64,000 nucleotides of DNA from a virus (Duplodnaviria > Heunggongvirae > Uroviricota > Caudoviricetes): positions 107,001 through 171,000 of the IMG/VR virus record IMGVR_UViG_3300021387_000463, one strand, 5' to 3'. The notes beneath the pieces are model-generated. The model had not been told where the DNA came from, searched no databases, and saw nothing but the letters and a program-made list of their open reading frames with translations. Positions 1-8,267 of the stretch are shown here, one piece after another (position 1 is the stretch's first letter; the number at the start of each line of letters is the position of its first letter). The position numbers were made by a program, and so were the translations under genes.

Positions 1-11
1 CTGTAGATAAA

Positions 12-251
12 ATGAAAGACTATAATATTAAGACTCCAAGCTTTCCAAAAATGCCAGACATCAGAATGGATAGTGGCTTAAGCTCTCTTAATCTTTACAT
101 GGATAGCATTGATGTGTATTTCGATACACTCGATTCTTCTCTGAGGTCACTTTCTAAGGACTTGAGTGGCATTTCTAAGATTATAGGTGTTGACCTTAAT
201 AATGCAAATATCAAGTCATCAAGTTCTATATTTGATATACTTAAACTTTAA
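12..251 (+). CDS. hypothetical protein (79 aa)
   Basis: ORF on the coding strand, tightly followed by the next gene. Confidence 0.4.
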   Translation: MKDYNIKTPSFPKMPDIRMDSGLSSLNLYMDSIDVYFDTLDSSLRSLSKDLSGISKIIGVDLNNANIKSSSSIFDILKL

Positions 252-262
252 AGAAATAAAAA

Positions 263-685
263 ATGGCAATTGTAAATTTTCCACAAGAAATTAATGGTAT
301 AAGAGTTGTACAGAGTGATGAAGAGGTTGTAAAAGCCTTGAAGAACGGAGAAACTGTATGCCGTTATGAGTGGGGTGATTCTATGACCCCAGTACTGAAG
401 AATGGTGAGTATGCAAATCTTACACCCATTAAGGATATTAACGAGGTACAGAGAGGTGATGCAGTGTTCTGTAGAATGCCAGAGGGCTATTACATGACCC
501 ATATGGTTTGGGAAATCTCTCGCTGTGGTCACAATGGTAGACCTTGGTTTAAGATTGGTAGCACTGGCACATCAATCTATGGTTGGACACAAGATGTTCT
601 TGCTATCGCAACTGGCACTGACCATTATCAGAAGTTCACAAGAGAATATCGCAAGATGCTGAAGGGAAGTATTTGGAATCATTAA
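263..685 (+). CDS. S24-like peptidase (LexA/UmuD/signal-peptidase fold), paralog of 24726-25052
   Basis: GDSMTP motif (catalytic Ser context of S24 peptidases); 140 aa; paralog shares GNSMTP. Confidence 0.5.
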   Translation: MAIVNFPQEINGIRVVQSDEEVVKALKNGETVCRYEWGDSMTPVLKNGEYANLTPIKDINEVQRGDAVFCRMPEGYYMTHMVWEISRCGHNGRPWFKIGSTGTSIYGWTQDVLAIATGTDHYQKFTREYRKMLKGSIWNH

Positions 686-708
686 AATTCGTTAATTTTT
701 AGCGAAAA

Positions 709-740
709 ATTTGGTTTTCTCAAATATTTTTCATATCTTT
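709..740 (+). promoter_or_regulatory. Bacteroidetes sigma-A type promoter (TTTG -33 / TAtcTTTG -7)
   Basis: aaaaatTTGgttttctcaaatatttttcaTATCTTTGcaa. Confidence 0.55.
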
Positions 741-1027
741 GCAATATAAAACTTGAAATTTTTAAAAAAGACATTATATTTATAATAAACAAATTAAACA
801 ACGAATAGTATTATGATTACATTTAGTCTACATATAGAAGAGCAGCAGCCTAGAGGACTTGGATATGGTTATCCAAGACATGAAGGTGTGTCCGTATTCT
901 AATGTAGATTTACGTCATTTTATTATTATTGTAATCGAGAAAAGTGTGATTATATATAATGTATAGGTGGGTAGTCTACGGATTATCCACCTTAAACCGT
1001 TTAAAGATGTTAAAAATTAGCGAAAAA

Positions 1028-1059
1028 TTTGGTTATCTCAAAAATTTTCCATATCTTTG
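1028..1059 (+). promoter_or_regulatory. Bacteroidetes-type promoter
   Basis: aaaTTTGgttatctcaaaaattttccaTATCTTTGca; near-identical to the module at 709. Confidence 0.55.
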
Positions 1060-1086
1060 CATCGTGAATGAAAAACTAAAGACAAG

Positions 1087-1248
1087 ATGAACTTAAGAGA
1101 AATATTTTCAAAGCTATTCAAAAGACATAAACACAGATATGTTATAAGGTATGATGATAGAGAAGACTTCGATGAAGGAAGACATACCTTTAGAGTGACA
1201 CTCTGTGAAGAATGCGGAAAGATTAAAAGTATAGAACAAATCGCTTAA
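1087..1248 (+). CDS. small Cys-containing protein (~53 aa)
   Basis: ATG 25 nt after the promoter; CEECGK motif; below the ORF-track size cutoff. Confidence 0.3.
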   Translation: MNLREIFSKLFKRHKHRYVIRYDDREDFDEGRHTFRVTLCEECGKIKSIEQIA

Positions 1249-1253
1249 GATAT

Positions 1254-1339
1254 GCTGGGTTCGACTAGTGGTTTAGGTCGCAAGATTTTCAATCTTGTAC
1301 AGTGGTAAACTGTCAGGGGTTCGAATCCCCTACCCAGTA
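1254..1339 (+). tRNA. type-II tRNA-like; anticodon loop uuuucaa (formally UUC; TCA one position out of register)
   Basis: 7-bp acceptor with G1-U72; T arm agggg/ttcgaat/cccct; 3-bp D stem; long variable hairpin acagt/actgt; anticodon identity inconsistent with type II. Confidence 0.4.
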
Positions 1340-1346
1340 CAAAAAT

Positions 1347-1420
1347 GGCGGTATAGGCGAACTGATTAAGCCGTTGCCCTCTCAAGGCAGAGATTGCGAG
1401 TTTGAGCCTCGCTACCGCTA
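1347..1420 (+). tRNA. tRNA-Glu(CTC)-like
   Basis: acceptor ggcggta/taccgct; T arm gcgag/tttgagc/ctcgc; anticodon loop ctctcaa. Confidence 0.4.
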
Positions 1421-1524
1421 CTAGGACACTAAAATTATCGTTAAAAAAGAGTTCGAAAAACATAGTTGATACTATTTATATATAGAAAATAATTCTTATA
1501 TTTTATATGTAAATTAGTGTTATT

Positions 1525-2400
1525 ATGAGAAAAGTTGAATCATATGATAATGTTTTTAGTGCTGAAGAAAAAAAACAAATAATAAAAGACTATGTTGAAA
1601 ATTTTCTTAGTTTAAGAGAAATATATAAAAAATACAATATAAGGTCTAAAATATGGGTAGATAAACTTCTAGATGGTAAAAAAAGAAGCGTTTCTGATGG
1701 GGTGAAAATCGCCCATAAAAAATATCCAAATAGTTTTAAACTTTCAGAGAAAACAAAGGATAAAATAAGAAGAGCACATCTTATATGGATGAAAGAGCAT
1801 CCAGAACAAACTGCTTGGAGGCTGAAAAATATGTCATATCCAGAAAAATGTTTTCAAAAGATACTTGAAGATAATGGTTTGGATAAAAAGTATCTCATCT
1901 ATAGAGAGTATTCAGTATTTCCATATTTTATAGACTTTGCGTTTATAAATGAAAAAGTGGCAGTTGAAATAGATGGGTCTCAACACCTAGAAGAGAATAG
2001 AAAGAAAAGAGACGATGAAAAAGATGCATTGTTATTGTCTAAAGGATGGAAAGTTCTTAGGATAGCTGCAAATGAGGTTACTCACGATGGGACTAAGGCT
2101 TTGGAAGCTGTGTTAGAAATGCTTGGGAAAACGGTTATAAACTATGAGAAAGTAGGGGTACTTAAAGCACCAAAGACACGTGAGAAAGTTGTTCGTGGAG
2201 AAGATGGGTTATCTGATAAGGAGAGACTAAGAGCTTTTAATCAAAGAAGGGTTGAGAGACCAAGTAAAGAAGAACTTGGTAGACTACTCCAAGAGAGTAA
2301 TTTCACTGTAATAGGAAAGACTTATGGTGTATCTGACAATGCAATAAGAAGGTGGTGTAAAACATATGGATTACCATATAGAAAAAAAGATATGAAATAG
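1525..2400 (+). CDS. DUF559/Vsr-like endonuclease domain protein with C-terminal HTH (homing-endonuclease-like)
   Basis: YLIYREYSVFPYFIDFAF..VAVEIDGSQH..LLSKGWKVLRI resembles the Vsr/DUF559 PD-(D/E)xK core; C-terminal YGVSDNAIRRWCKTYGL motif is shared with the HNH protein at 4617. Confidence 0.55.
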   Translation: MRKVESYDNVFSAEEKKQIIKDYVENFLSLREIYKKYNIRSKIWVDKLLDGKKRSVSDGVKIAHKKYPNSFKLSEKTKDKIRRAHLIWMKEHPEQTAWRLKNMSYPEKCFQKILEDNGLDKKYLIYREYSVFPYFIDFAFINEKVAVEIDGSQHLEENRKKRDDEKDALLLSKGWKVLRIAANEVTHDGTKALEAVLEMLGKTVINYEKVGVLKAPKTREKVVRGEDGLSDKERLRAFNQRRVERPSKEELGRLLQESNFTVIGKTYGVSDNAIRRWCKTYGLPYRKKDMK

Positions 2401-2411
2401 AAAAAGATAGT

Positions 2412-2494
2412 GGGAACATACAGCAAGTAATTATTTATAAAATTAGTTACTAGATTTGGGTTTTAGATAAACGATTTTTTATTGTTCCCTTTTC
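2412..2494. repeat. TACAGCAA element copy: 5' GGGAACA-TACAGCAA ... 3' TGTTCCC + T-run
   Basis: gggaacatacagcaa at 2412-2426 and complementary tgttccc at 2483-2489 followed by tttt; ends 3 nt before tRNA-Gln. Confidence 0.45.
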
Positions 2495-2496
2495 AT

Positions 2497-2570
2497 TGGG
2501 CTTTAGTGGAATTGGCTAACACGTCAGATTCTGGCTCTGAAGATTGGGGGTTCGAGTCCCTCAAGCCCAA
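2497..2570 (+). tRNA. tRNA-Gln(CTG)
   Basis: U1-A72 acceptor tgggctt/aagccca; anticodon stem tcaga/tctga with loop ttctggc; T arm ggggg/ttcgagt/ccctc. Confidence 0.55.
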
Positions 2571-2756
2571 CGTTGAGCTTATTAGTCCCTGAAGAAATTC
2601 AAACTATGTAAGCCTTGTCGGAGAGCAAGTCTTTTTGAGACGTACATCTTGATGCCGATTGGTCGGAGGTAAATGAGAGATTGTATTATGTCTTTAACGA
2701 CTCTAAAGATTACTTAATCAGAAACTACTCTCCTTGTTTTAGATAACATATAGAAT

Positions 2757-3194
2757 ATGAGTATAGAGAAAAGTTTCGATGGTGCTTTCAAACGAATGAG
2801 AGACCGCAATTGGGAGAAGATATATGTGTTGGTAGATATACACGACACCATATTAAAAGCTTGCTACAATGACGAGGAAACGCATCAGTGGTTTCCATAT
2901 GCTAAAGAGGCTTTGGACATCATGAGTCATGCGCAGCAAATATCGCTCATTCTCTGGACATCAACCTATGATGACATCATCGCTGACTATCTCAAGCACT
3001 TTAAGGAGAATGGCATCACATTCGACATGGTGAACGTAAACCATGAGACAAAGAACACAGATTTGTCTTGCTTCGATAAAAAGACCTATTTCAATGTGGG
3101 TATCGATGACAAGTTTGGTTTTGATGCTGAAACAGATTGGGAAATATTGTACAACTACCTCGTTGAAGGTATAAGACTTGGCAAATTCAAGTAA
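2757..3194 (+). CDS. hypothetical protein (145 aa), weak HAD-like N-terminus
   Basis: ORF; VLVDIHDTIL only loosely resembles HAD motif I. Confidence 0.45.
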   Translation: MSIEKSFDGAFKRMRDRNWEKIYVLVDIHDTILKACYNDEETHQWFPYAKEALDIMSHAQQISLILWTSTYDDIIADYLKHFKENGITFDMVNVNHETKNTDLSCFDKKTYFNVGIDDKFGFDAETDWEILYNYLVEGIRLGKFK

Positions 3195-3405
3195 AATGAG
3201 TGACAGAGACTTAAAGATACTAAACGACAGAAAGAGCACTCTAGTGAACAAGATTAATTGGCATAAAGATAAGCTTGCAGAACTTGAGGGAGAGTTAAAA
3301 GGAATAAATAGTTTTATAAACAGTTCAAAATAAATAAAAGATATGTATTATTACGATTATTATTATAGTGGATAAAGTTTGATGGAGCAGTCTCGCACTT
3401 TCCAT

Positions 3406-3494
3406 CAATAAGCTTCGGAAGGCAGCAACGATGGTGGTGTTGTGCTAGACTGTAAATCTGGTCCCACAGGGTAAACATTGGGGGTTCGAATCCC
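3406..3494 (+). tRNA. tRNA-Tyr(GTA)-like, type II
   Basis: acceptor cggaagg/ccttccg; anticodon stem ctaga/tctgg with loop ctgtaaa; T arm ggggg/ttcgaat/ccctc; long variable region. Confidence 0.45.
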
Positions 3495-3601
3495 TCCCTT
3501 CCGACAAATGCTAACACAAGTCTTTAGGCAACCTCTCTAAGAGCAGCATAAGACTATAGAGGTAATAATGCAAGAATTCTAGAGTGTTGGTATTTTTAAA
3601 T

Positions 3602-3694
3602 CGGAAGGTAACGGCAGTGGTCTGTAAAACCACCCTGCTTAACAAATTGTCGTAGTGGACTCGCAGTAAGGGGGTTCAAATCCCTCCCTTCCGA
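3602..3694 (+). tRNA. aberrant tRNA-like paralog of 3406 (D region too short, extra 36-nt segment)
   Basis: same acceptor cggaagg/ccttccg and T arm; gtggtctgtaaaaccac hairpin sits too close to the acceptor to be the anticodon arm. Confidence 0.3.
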
Positions 3695-3703
3695 CATACA
3701 GAC

Positions 3704-3784
3704 TGTGGAGTTCCAGAGTGGTCAAATGGGGGGGTCTGTAAAACCTCTGCTTCGGCTTCGTAGGTTCAAATCCTACCTCCACAA
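3704..3784 (+). tRNA. tRNA-Tyr(GTA)-like, 13-nt variable region
   Basis: acceptor tgtggag/ctccaca; anticodon stem ggggt/acctc with loop ctgtaaa at the expected position; T arm gtagg/ttcaaat/cctac. Confidence 0.45.
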
Positions 3785-3794
3785 CAAAATAAAT

Positions 3795-3875
3795 CTAGGT
3801 GTAACTGGTAATAGGTTTCCAACTGCATTTGGAATGCAGGCGTAATGCATGGGGGTTCGAGTCCCTTCGCCTAGA
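3795..3875 (+). tRNA. tRNA-Pro(TGG)-like
   Basis: acceptor ctaggtg/cgcctag (one G-U); anticodon stem ctgca/tgcag with loop tttggaa; T arm ggggg/ttcgagt/ccctt. Confidence 0.45.
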
Positions 3876-3909
3876 CAAAAAGGAATCTTGCAGCAATAGG
3901 TAAGACATC

Positions 3910-3979
3910 AGACATGTAGCTCAATGGTTAGAGCCTTGGATTTTACCAAGAGATTAGGGTTCGACTCCCTACGTATCTT
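3910..3979 (+). tRNA. tRNA-like with 6-nt anticodon loop auuuua (UUU or UUA)
   Basis: canonical D arm ta-gctc-aatggtta-gagc and T arm taggg/ttcgact/cccta; anticodon stem cttgg/ccaag encloses only 6 nt; acceptor has 1 mismatch. Confidence 0.35.
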
Positions 3980-4007
3980 TGTTTAAAAGGATTCCGATTT
4001 TTAACAT

Positions 4008-4081
4008 GGTGGTTGTAGCTCAGTTGGTAGAGTACCAGATTGTGGCTCTGAGGGTCATGGGTTCGAATCCCATCTTCCACC
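4008..4081 (+). tRNA. tRNA-His(GTG)
   Basis: loop ttgtggc; extra 5' G(-1) opposite C73, typical of tRNA-His; T arm atggg/ttcgaat/cccat. Confidence 0.55.
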
Positions 4082-4096
4082 CAAAAAATTGTTACG

Positions 4097-4279
4097 ATGG
4101 TAAAAGTATTAAATAAAAACATAGCTAGATGCTCAAGATGCAATTGCCTTTTGGAATATAATGCATCTGACATTGAAGAGAAAGAATGCGGATATAGTGT
4201 TCAATCATACGCTGGAGAAACATATATTGGAAAGTTTATTACTTGTCCAAACTGTGGAAATAAATTTGAAGTGTCTTGA
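4097..4279 (+). CDS. small zinc-ribbon protein (60 aa)
   Basis: CSRCNC...CPNCGN paired CxxC motifs. Confidence 0.45.
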   Translation: MVKVLNKNIARCSRCNCLLEYNASDIEEKECGYSVQSYAGETYIGKFITCPNCGNKFEVS

Positions 4280-4298
4280 ACACATTTTTCTAAAAAAA

Positions 4299-4330
4299 TT
4301 TGGAATTTAAGATTTTTTTATATATCTTTG
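4299..4330 (+). promoter_or_regulatory. Bacteroidetes-type promoter feeding the tRNA/TACAGCAA unit at 4361
   Basis: aaTTTGgaatttaagatttttttataTATCTTTGca. Confidence 0.5.
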
Positions 4331-4360
4331 CATAGTATTTCATAGGCAACAAATACACAA

Positions 4361-4487
4361 GGAAACATACAGCAACTATTAAAGGTATAGCATTAAACTG
4401 ATAATTTAAGGGTCGTTGGTTCGAGTCCAACTCACGCTACCAAGGTTGGCGTGATAGCTAAGATGGATAGAATGTTTCCGATTTTTT
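4361..4487 (+). ncRNA. permuted/split tRNA-Ile(GAT) unit inside a TACAGCAA element
   Basis: 5' ggaaacatacagcaa (4361-4375); D-stem 3' strand tagc; anticodon arm ttaaa/ctgataa/tttaa; variable gggtc; T arm gttgg/ttcgagt/ccaac; acceptor 3' tcacgct-a-CCA (4431-4441); 5-nt linker aggtt; acceptor 5' ggcgtga (4447-4453) + ta + D-stem 5' gcta; 3' aatgtttcc gattttttt (4468-4487). No matching 5' acceptor upstream in normal order. Confidence 0.4.
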
Positions 4488-4564
4488 TAGGGGAGTGGGC
4501 CAGAGGTCAACGCCGCTTGCTTTGGGAGCAAGTTTTATCGCAGGTTCGAATCCTGTCTCCCCTA
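4488..4564 (+). tRNA. tRNA-Pro(TGG)
   Basis: acceptor aggggag/ctcccct; anticodon stem cttgc/gcaag with loop tttggga; T arm gcagg/ttcgaat/cctgt. Confidence 0.5.
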
Positions 4565-4616
4565 CAACTTGATGTAAATCAATAAATTACATAAACGGTG
4601 TAAATTGTTTTGAATT

Positions 4617-5600
4617 TTGGCTGATTTTTATGCGAGTTCGACTCTATATTATATAGAAATATGTAATTATATGGATGAATTAACAAAAAAAATCAGAGAA
4701 TTAAAATTTGAAAAGGGGTATTCAAATAGTCAAATTTCAAAAGAATTGGGAGTAACAATAGAAAAAGCAAAAAGAGTTACTTGTAAAAGATATGATGAAA
4801 CATTAAAAAAGAAGGAAATTAGAAAAAATGCTGAAAAAGAATTTGTTGATTTAGTAAAACGATATTTACCATTGTCTAATTCTTTAAATCATTTATGTAA
4901 CAATTTAGGGTTGAGAGGTGTAGACGGATATTATAAGAAACTAAAACGAATAATATCAGAATATAATCTATCTACTGAACATTTTGGTACTATTAAAATT
5001 AGCCGATTTGGTGTAGCTAGAAACAAAGTAACCGCAATGACGGACGAAGAATTTTTTGTAAAAGGTTCTAAACGTAGCGGAGACTCAATAATTAAAAGAT
5101 TAATTGAAGGTGAATATAAAGAATATAAATGTGAAAATTGTGGTATAAGTGAGTGGGATGGAAAACCATTGAGGCTGCAAGTCCACCATATAAACGGAGA
5201 CCATAACGACAATAGAGTTGAGAACATTCAGTTATTATGCCCAAATTGTCATGCACAAACTGACACATATGCAAGGCATAACACTACTAAGAATGGTGGG
5301 TTTGTTGTTAAAAACATTGAAGAGCTAAAAGATAGTATTAATTATGTCAAGCCAAAATATTGCAAAAAATGTGGCAAAGAAATAACTAATGGCAGTAATG
5401 AATATTGTTCTCATGAATGTGCTCAAAAAGCCTCTAGAAGATTTGAAGTATCATCAGCACAGTTGATAGAAGACTTCAAAGAACTTAAATCATTCACAGC
5501 AGTAGGTAGAAAATATAATGTTAGCGATAATGCAATAAGAAGAAGAGTTAAAAAACTTGGAGTATATGAAGAAGTAAGACAATTTATCACTCCAAGGTAA
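4617..5600 (+). CDS. HNH homing endonuclease with zinc ribbon and C-terminal HTH
   Basis: HHINGDHNDNRVENIQLLCPNCH HNH motif; CKKCGKEITNGSNEYCSHEC zinc ribbon; C-terminal YNVSDNAIRRRVKKLGV. Confidence 0.7.
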   Translation: MADFYASSTLYYIEICNYMDELTKKIRELKFEKGYSNSQISKELGVTIEKAKRVTCKRYDETLKKKEIRKNAEKEFVDLVKRYLPLSNSLNHLCNNLGLRGVDGYYKKLKRIISEYNLSTEHFGTIKISRFGVARNKVTAMTDEEFFVKGSKRSGDSIIKRLIEGEYKEYKCENCGISEWDGKPLRLQVHHINGDHNDNRVENIQLLCPNCHAQTDTYARHNTTKNGGFVVKNIEELKDSINYVKPKYCKKCGKEITNGSNEYCSHECAQKASRRFEVSSAQLIEDFKELKSFTAVGRKYNVSDNAIRRRVKKLGVYEEVRQFITPR

Positions 5601-5614
5601 AGACATTTGATGTT

Positions 5615-5950
5615 ATGGGTGAATATAAAAAAATCACAAAGGAAGATATTAATTTTCCAAAATATTGCCTCTTCTTTATCAAGAAAATACAAGAGGCAAT
5701 CGACAAGTCAAAGAGTGATTTGAGTTATGTGGAGTTTTTAAAGGTTGAGGTTGAAACAACCTACCCATATTGCTCTGAGGCATTCGATTTGATTGCAAAG
5801 ACATTCACAAGGAAGGGTCTTGAAATGAGGACACCAACCTATAAAATGAACAAAGTGGATGGGATACCACATTATCTATATAATTGGGGTGTGAGGAAGG
5901 AGGTTGACTACGATGACCTCCCTTTTGACGAATACTATGATATTTGGTAA
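5615..5950 (+). CDS. hypothetical protein (111 aa)
   Basis: ORF on the coding strand. Confidence 0.45.
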   Translation: MGEYKKITKEDINFPKYCLFFIKKIQEAIDKSKSDLSYVEFLKVEVETTYPYCSEAFDLIAKTFTRKGLEMRTPTYKMNKVDGIPHYLYNWGVRKEVDYDDLPFDEYYDIW

Positions 5951-5975
5951 ACAAGTTTTATTGTTATCATATCTT

Positions 5976-6069
5976 GGGAACTTACAGCAAGGTTAAGAGG
6001 ATAATTTTTTATTTGTTCAAAATGAAAATAGATAGTTCGAGCCTATCAAATGATAGTTCCCTTTTTTTT
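5976..6069. repeat. TACAGCAA element copy with internal T-arm-like hairpin
   Basis: gggaacttacagcaa (5976-5990); hairpin gatag/ttcgagc/ctatc (6031-6047); complementary agttccc (6055-6061) + ttttttttt. Confidence 0.4.
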
Positions 6070-6115
6070 ACTGACTAATATTTCTAAAAAAAATAATATA
6101 AGTAAGAAAAAAGTT

Positions 6116-7132
6116 ATGAAGAAAATTCTTTTAATGTTGGCACTCTTTAGTGCCGTAGTGAGTGCAAATGCACAGATTGCAACTGAAAACAGCAACGCTC
6201 TCGATAATTTGAGTATTGGTGTAACTGGTGGAGTATCAACTCCGCTTGATTTTAACTCAATCTTCCCACTTAACACAAATGTGGGTTTGAAGATTGCAAA
6301 GGATTTCACTCCAGCATTTGGAGTAGAGGCTGAAGGTATCGCATTCCTTAATGACAATCACTTCAGTGACATCAAAACTGCTGTAAAGGCAACAAACGTT
6401 GGTCTTAGTGGTGTATTTAATCTATCAAATATCTTTGGCGGTTATCAAGGTACTCCACGTGTGTTTGAGGTTAAGACCGTAACAGGTATTGGTTGGCTAC
6501 ATAGTTGGGACACACCAAATAACTTCTTGACATCTAAGACTGGTCTTGATTTCGTATTCAATGTTGGTAAGAAAAAGGCTCACAGCTTTGTATTGACACC
6601 AGCAGTGTATTGGAATCTTAATAAGTTCGGTAATGTTAAGTTTAATAAGCATGACTCACAGTTAGCTATTAACTTATCATACATTTACCACTTTAAGACA
6701 AGCAATGGAACACATCATTTCAAGACATACGATGTTGGCGCAATGATTAGCGAGATTGACCGCTTGAATGGCGCATTATCAGAGTGTGAGAGTCGTGAGC
6801 CACAAGTTAAGGAGGTAGAGAGAGTTGTAGAAAAAACTGTTACAGTAAATGAGCCTAATACAAAGTGGATTGTTCCATTTGAGTTTGGTAAGTCAAGTTT
6901 GACACCAGCTGCTGTATTTATCCTTAATCAGATTGGCGAGGATTCAATAGTAGAGATTACAGCAACGGCATCTCCAGAGGGTAGTAAGGAGTTTAATCAG
7001 AAGCTTTCTGAAATGAGAGCTGCAAAGGTTTCTGACTTTTTGACTAAGCGTGGAGTTAAGGTTGCAAGTGCTGAAGGTAAGGGAGTTGACTCTGAGAAGG
7101 GTAGGACTGCCATTGTGATAACTGTACAGTAG
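6116..7132 (+). CDS. OmpA-family outer-membrane protein (beta-barrel + peptidoglycan-binding domain)
   Basis: signal peptide MKKILLMLALFSAVVSANA; C-terminal SKEFNQKLSEMRAAKVSDFLTKRGV...GKGV resembles the OmpA_C motif; ORF-track start 6050 trimmed to the signal-peptide Met. Confidence 0.6.
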   Translation: MKKILLMLALFSAVVSANAQIATENSNALDNLSIGVTGGVSTPLDFNSIFPLNTNVGLKIAKDFTPAFGVEAEGIAFLNDNHFSDIKTAVKATNVGLSGVFNLSNIFGGYQGTPRVFEVKTVTGIGWLHSWDTPNNFLTSKTGLDFVFNVGKKKAHSFVLTPAVYWNLNKFGNVKFNKHDSQLAINLSYIYHFKTSNGTHHFKTYDVGAMISEIDRLNGALSECESREPQVKEVERVVEKTVTVNEPNTKWIVPFEFGKSSLTPAAVFILNQIGEDSIVEITATASPEGSKEFNQKLSEMRAAKVSDFLTKRGVKVASAEGKGVDSEKGRTAIVITVQ

Positions 7133-7332
7133 TGATTATGGTAGGAGAATAACGACAAACGCTTTGGCGGTGTTAATGCATGAAAACCGCAAGTTTGTCA
7201 GTCATCAAAAACTGTCTACATTCTCCTTTTCTTCAGATGACTAGATAAACGGTTGCTGCGAAAGGTAAACAGCTCACGGACTAATACCAAACCAGATTTG
7301 CTAATGGTAAATCACTAAGTTAGTTCACTTAT

Positions 7333-7403
7333 GCGAGTATCGTTCAATGGTAGGATGGGACGCCTCCAACGTTCAGATGTCGGTTCGATTCCGATTATTC
7401 GCT
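7333..7403 (+). tRNA. tRNA-Gly(TCC)
   Basis: acceptor gcgagta/tattcgc; anticodon stem ggacg/cgttc with loop cctccaa; T arm gtcgg/ttcgatt/ccgat. Confidence 0.55.
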
Positions 7404-7476
7404 CTTTTGAAAATAATTTGTCTTTCGAGACACATTTTTTGCTCTTTTGAAATATTTATATGTAAAGAGCTATATT

Positions 7477-8169
7477 ATGGAAATTGATATAAAAAGTGTT
7501 TTAGATAAATCAAAAACAATAAGTGATATTGCTAGAATAATTTTTGGAAAGCCTAACTATACAAACAGAGAAAAATGCAAAAAAATTCTTTCTGAGTATG
7601 GAATTGATTGGGAAAAATGGTTAGAAGAAAAAAAGATTAAGCCTAAGAAGTTTTGTCTTAATTGTGGGAAGGAAATAATTAATGGCGATTCTAGAAAAAA
7701 ATTTTGCAATTCATCTTGTGCAGCATCTTATAACAATTTAGGTATCGCTAGAAACTATAAAGGTGGTAAGAGAAAGGATGAAAAATCTTATTGCTTAAAC
7801 TGTGGTAAAGAAATAAAACGAGGTAAATTTTGTAATAATACTTGTCGTGCAGAATATAATGCAAAACAATATATTGAACGTTGGAAAAGAGGTGAAGAAA
7901 GTGGGTTAAAGGGTAAGTATGGCATTGCTTCTGCTGTTAGGCATTATATTTTTGAGAAAAACGAAAACAAATGTGAAATTTGTGGAAAAAGTTATGTAAA
8001 TCCGTATACTGGGTTGTCTGTTCTTCAAATTCATCATAAGGATGGCGATTGTACAAATAATAGAGAGGAAAACTTACAGTTATTATGTCCAACACATCAT
8101 GCAATGACCGAGAATTTTGGCAGTAGAAATCCAAATGCCACAAGAAAGGATAATAGAATGAGATATTAA
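7477..8169 (+). CDS. HNH homing endonuclease with two zinc ribbons
   Basis: HHKDGDCTNNREENLQLLCPTHH; CLNCGKEIINGDSRKKFCNSSC and CLNCGKEIKRGKFCNNTC; start moved to the internal Met after the promoter-like region. Confidence 0.65.
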   Translation: MEIDIKSVLDKSKTISDIARIIFGKPNYTNREKCKKILSEYGIDWEKWLEEKKIKPKKFCLNCGKEIINGDSRKKFCNSSCAASYNNLGIARNYKGGKRKDEKSYCLNCGKEIKRGKFCNNTCRAEYNAKQYIERWKRGEESGLKGKYGIASAVRHYIFEKNENKCEICGKSYVNPYTGLSVLQIHHKDGDCTNNREENLQLLCPTHHAMTENFGSRNPNATRKDNRMRY

Positions 8170-8171
8170 AT

Positions 8172-8243
8172 GACGGTGTAGCACAGTGGTTAGTGCGTCT
8201 GCTTGCCATGCAGAGGACGCCAGTTCGATTCTGGTCATCGTCT
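8172..8243 (+). tRNA. tRNA-Gly(GCC)
   Basis: acceptor gacggtg/catcgtc; anticodon stem ctgc/gcag with loop ttgccat; T arm gccag/ttcgatt/ctggt. Confidence 0.6.
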
Positions 8244-8267
8244 CATTAGACTAGAGAGTTGCACCAT

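Noticed and set aside
1245-1463. Minus-strand ORF (72 aa) from the six-frame track
   Set aside because: It lies entirely antisense to two tRNA genes. All supported genes are on the + strand and no promoter is present.
3602-3694. Calling this a third functional tRNA-Tyr
   Set aside because: The CUGUAAA hairpin sits too close to the acceptor stem to be an anticodon arm, and a 36-nt extra segment follows. It is treated as an aberrant paralog or pseudogene.
4383-4441. tRNA 3' halves with encoded CCA as attP cores of an integrative element
   Set aside because: No integrase or recombinase was found in the window. The halves are paired with complementary 5' halves downstream and flanked by the conserved TACAGCAA helix, which attP sites do not explain. 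This cannot be fully excluded without the rest of the genome.
6050-6115. Upstream ATG start of the OmpA-like ORF
   Set aside because: It overlaps the TACAGCAA element and its T-run. A canonical signal peptide begins at 6116.
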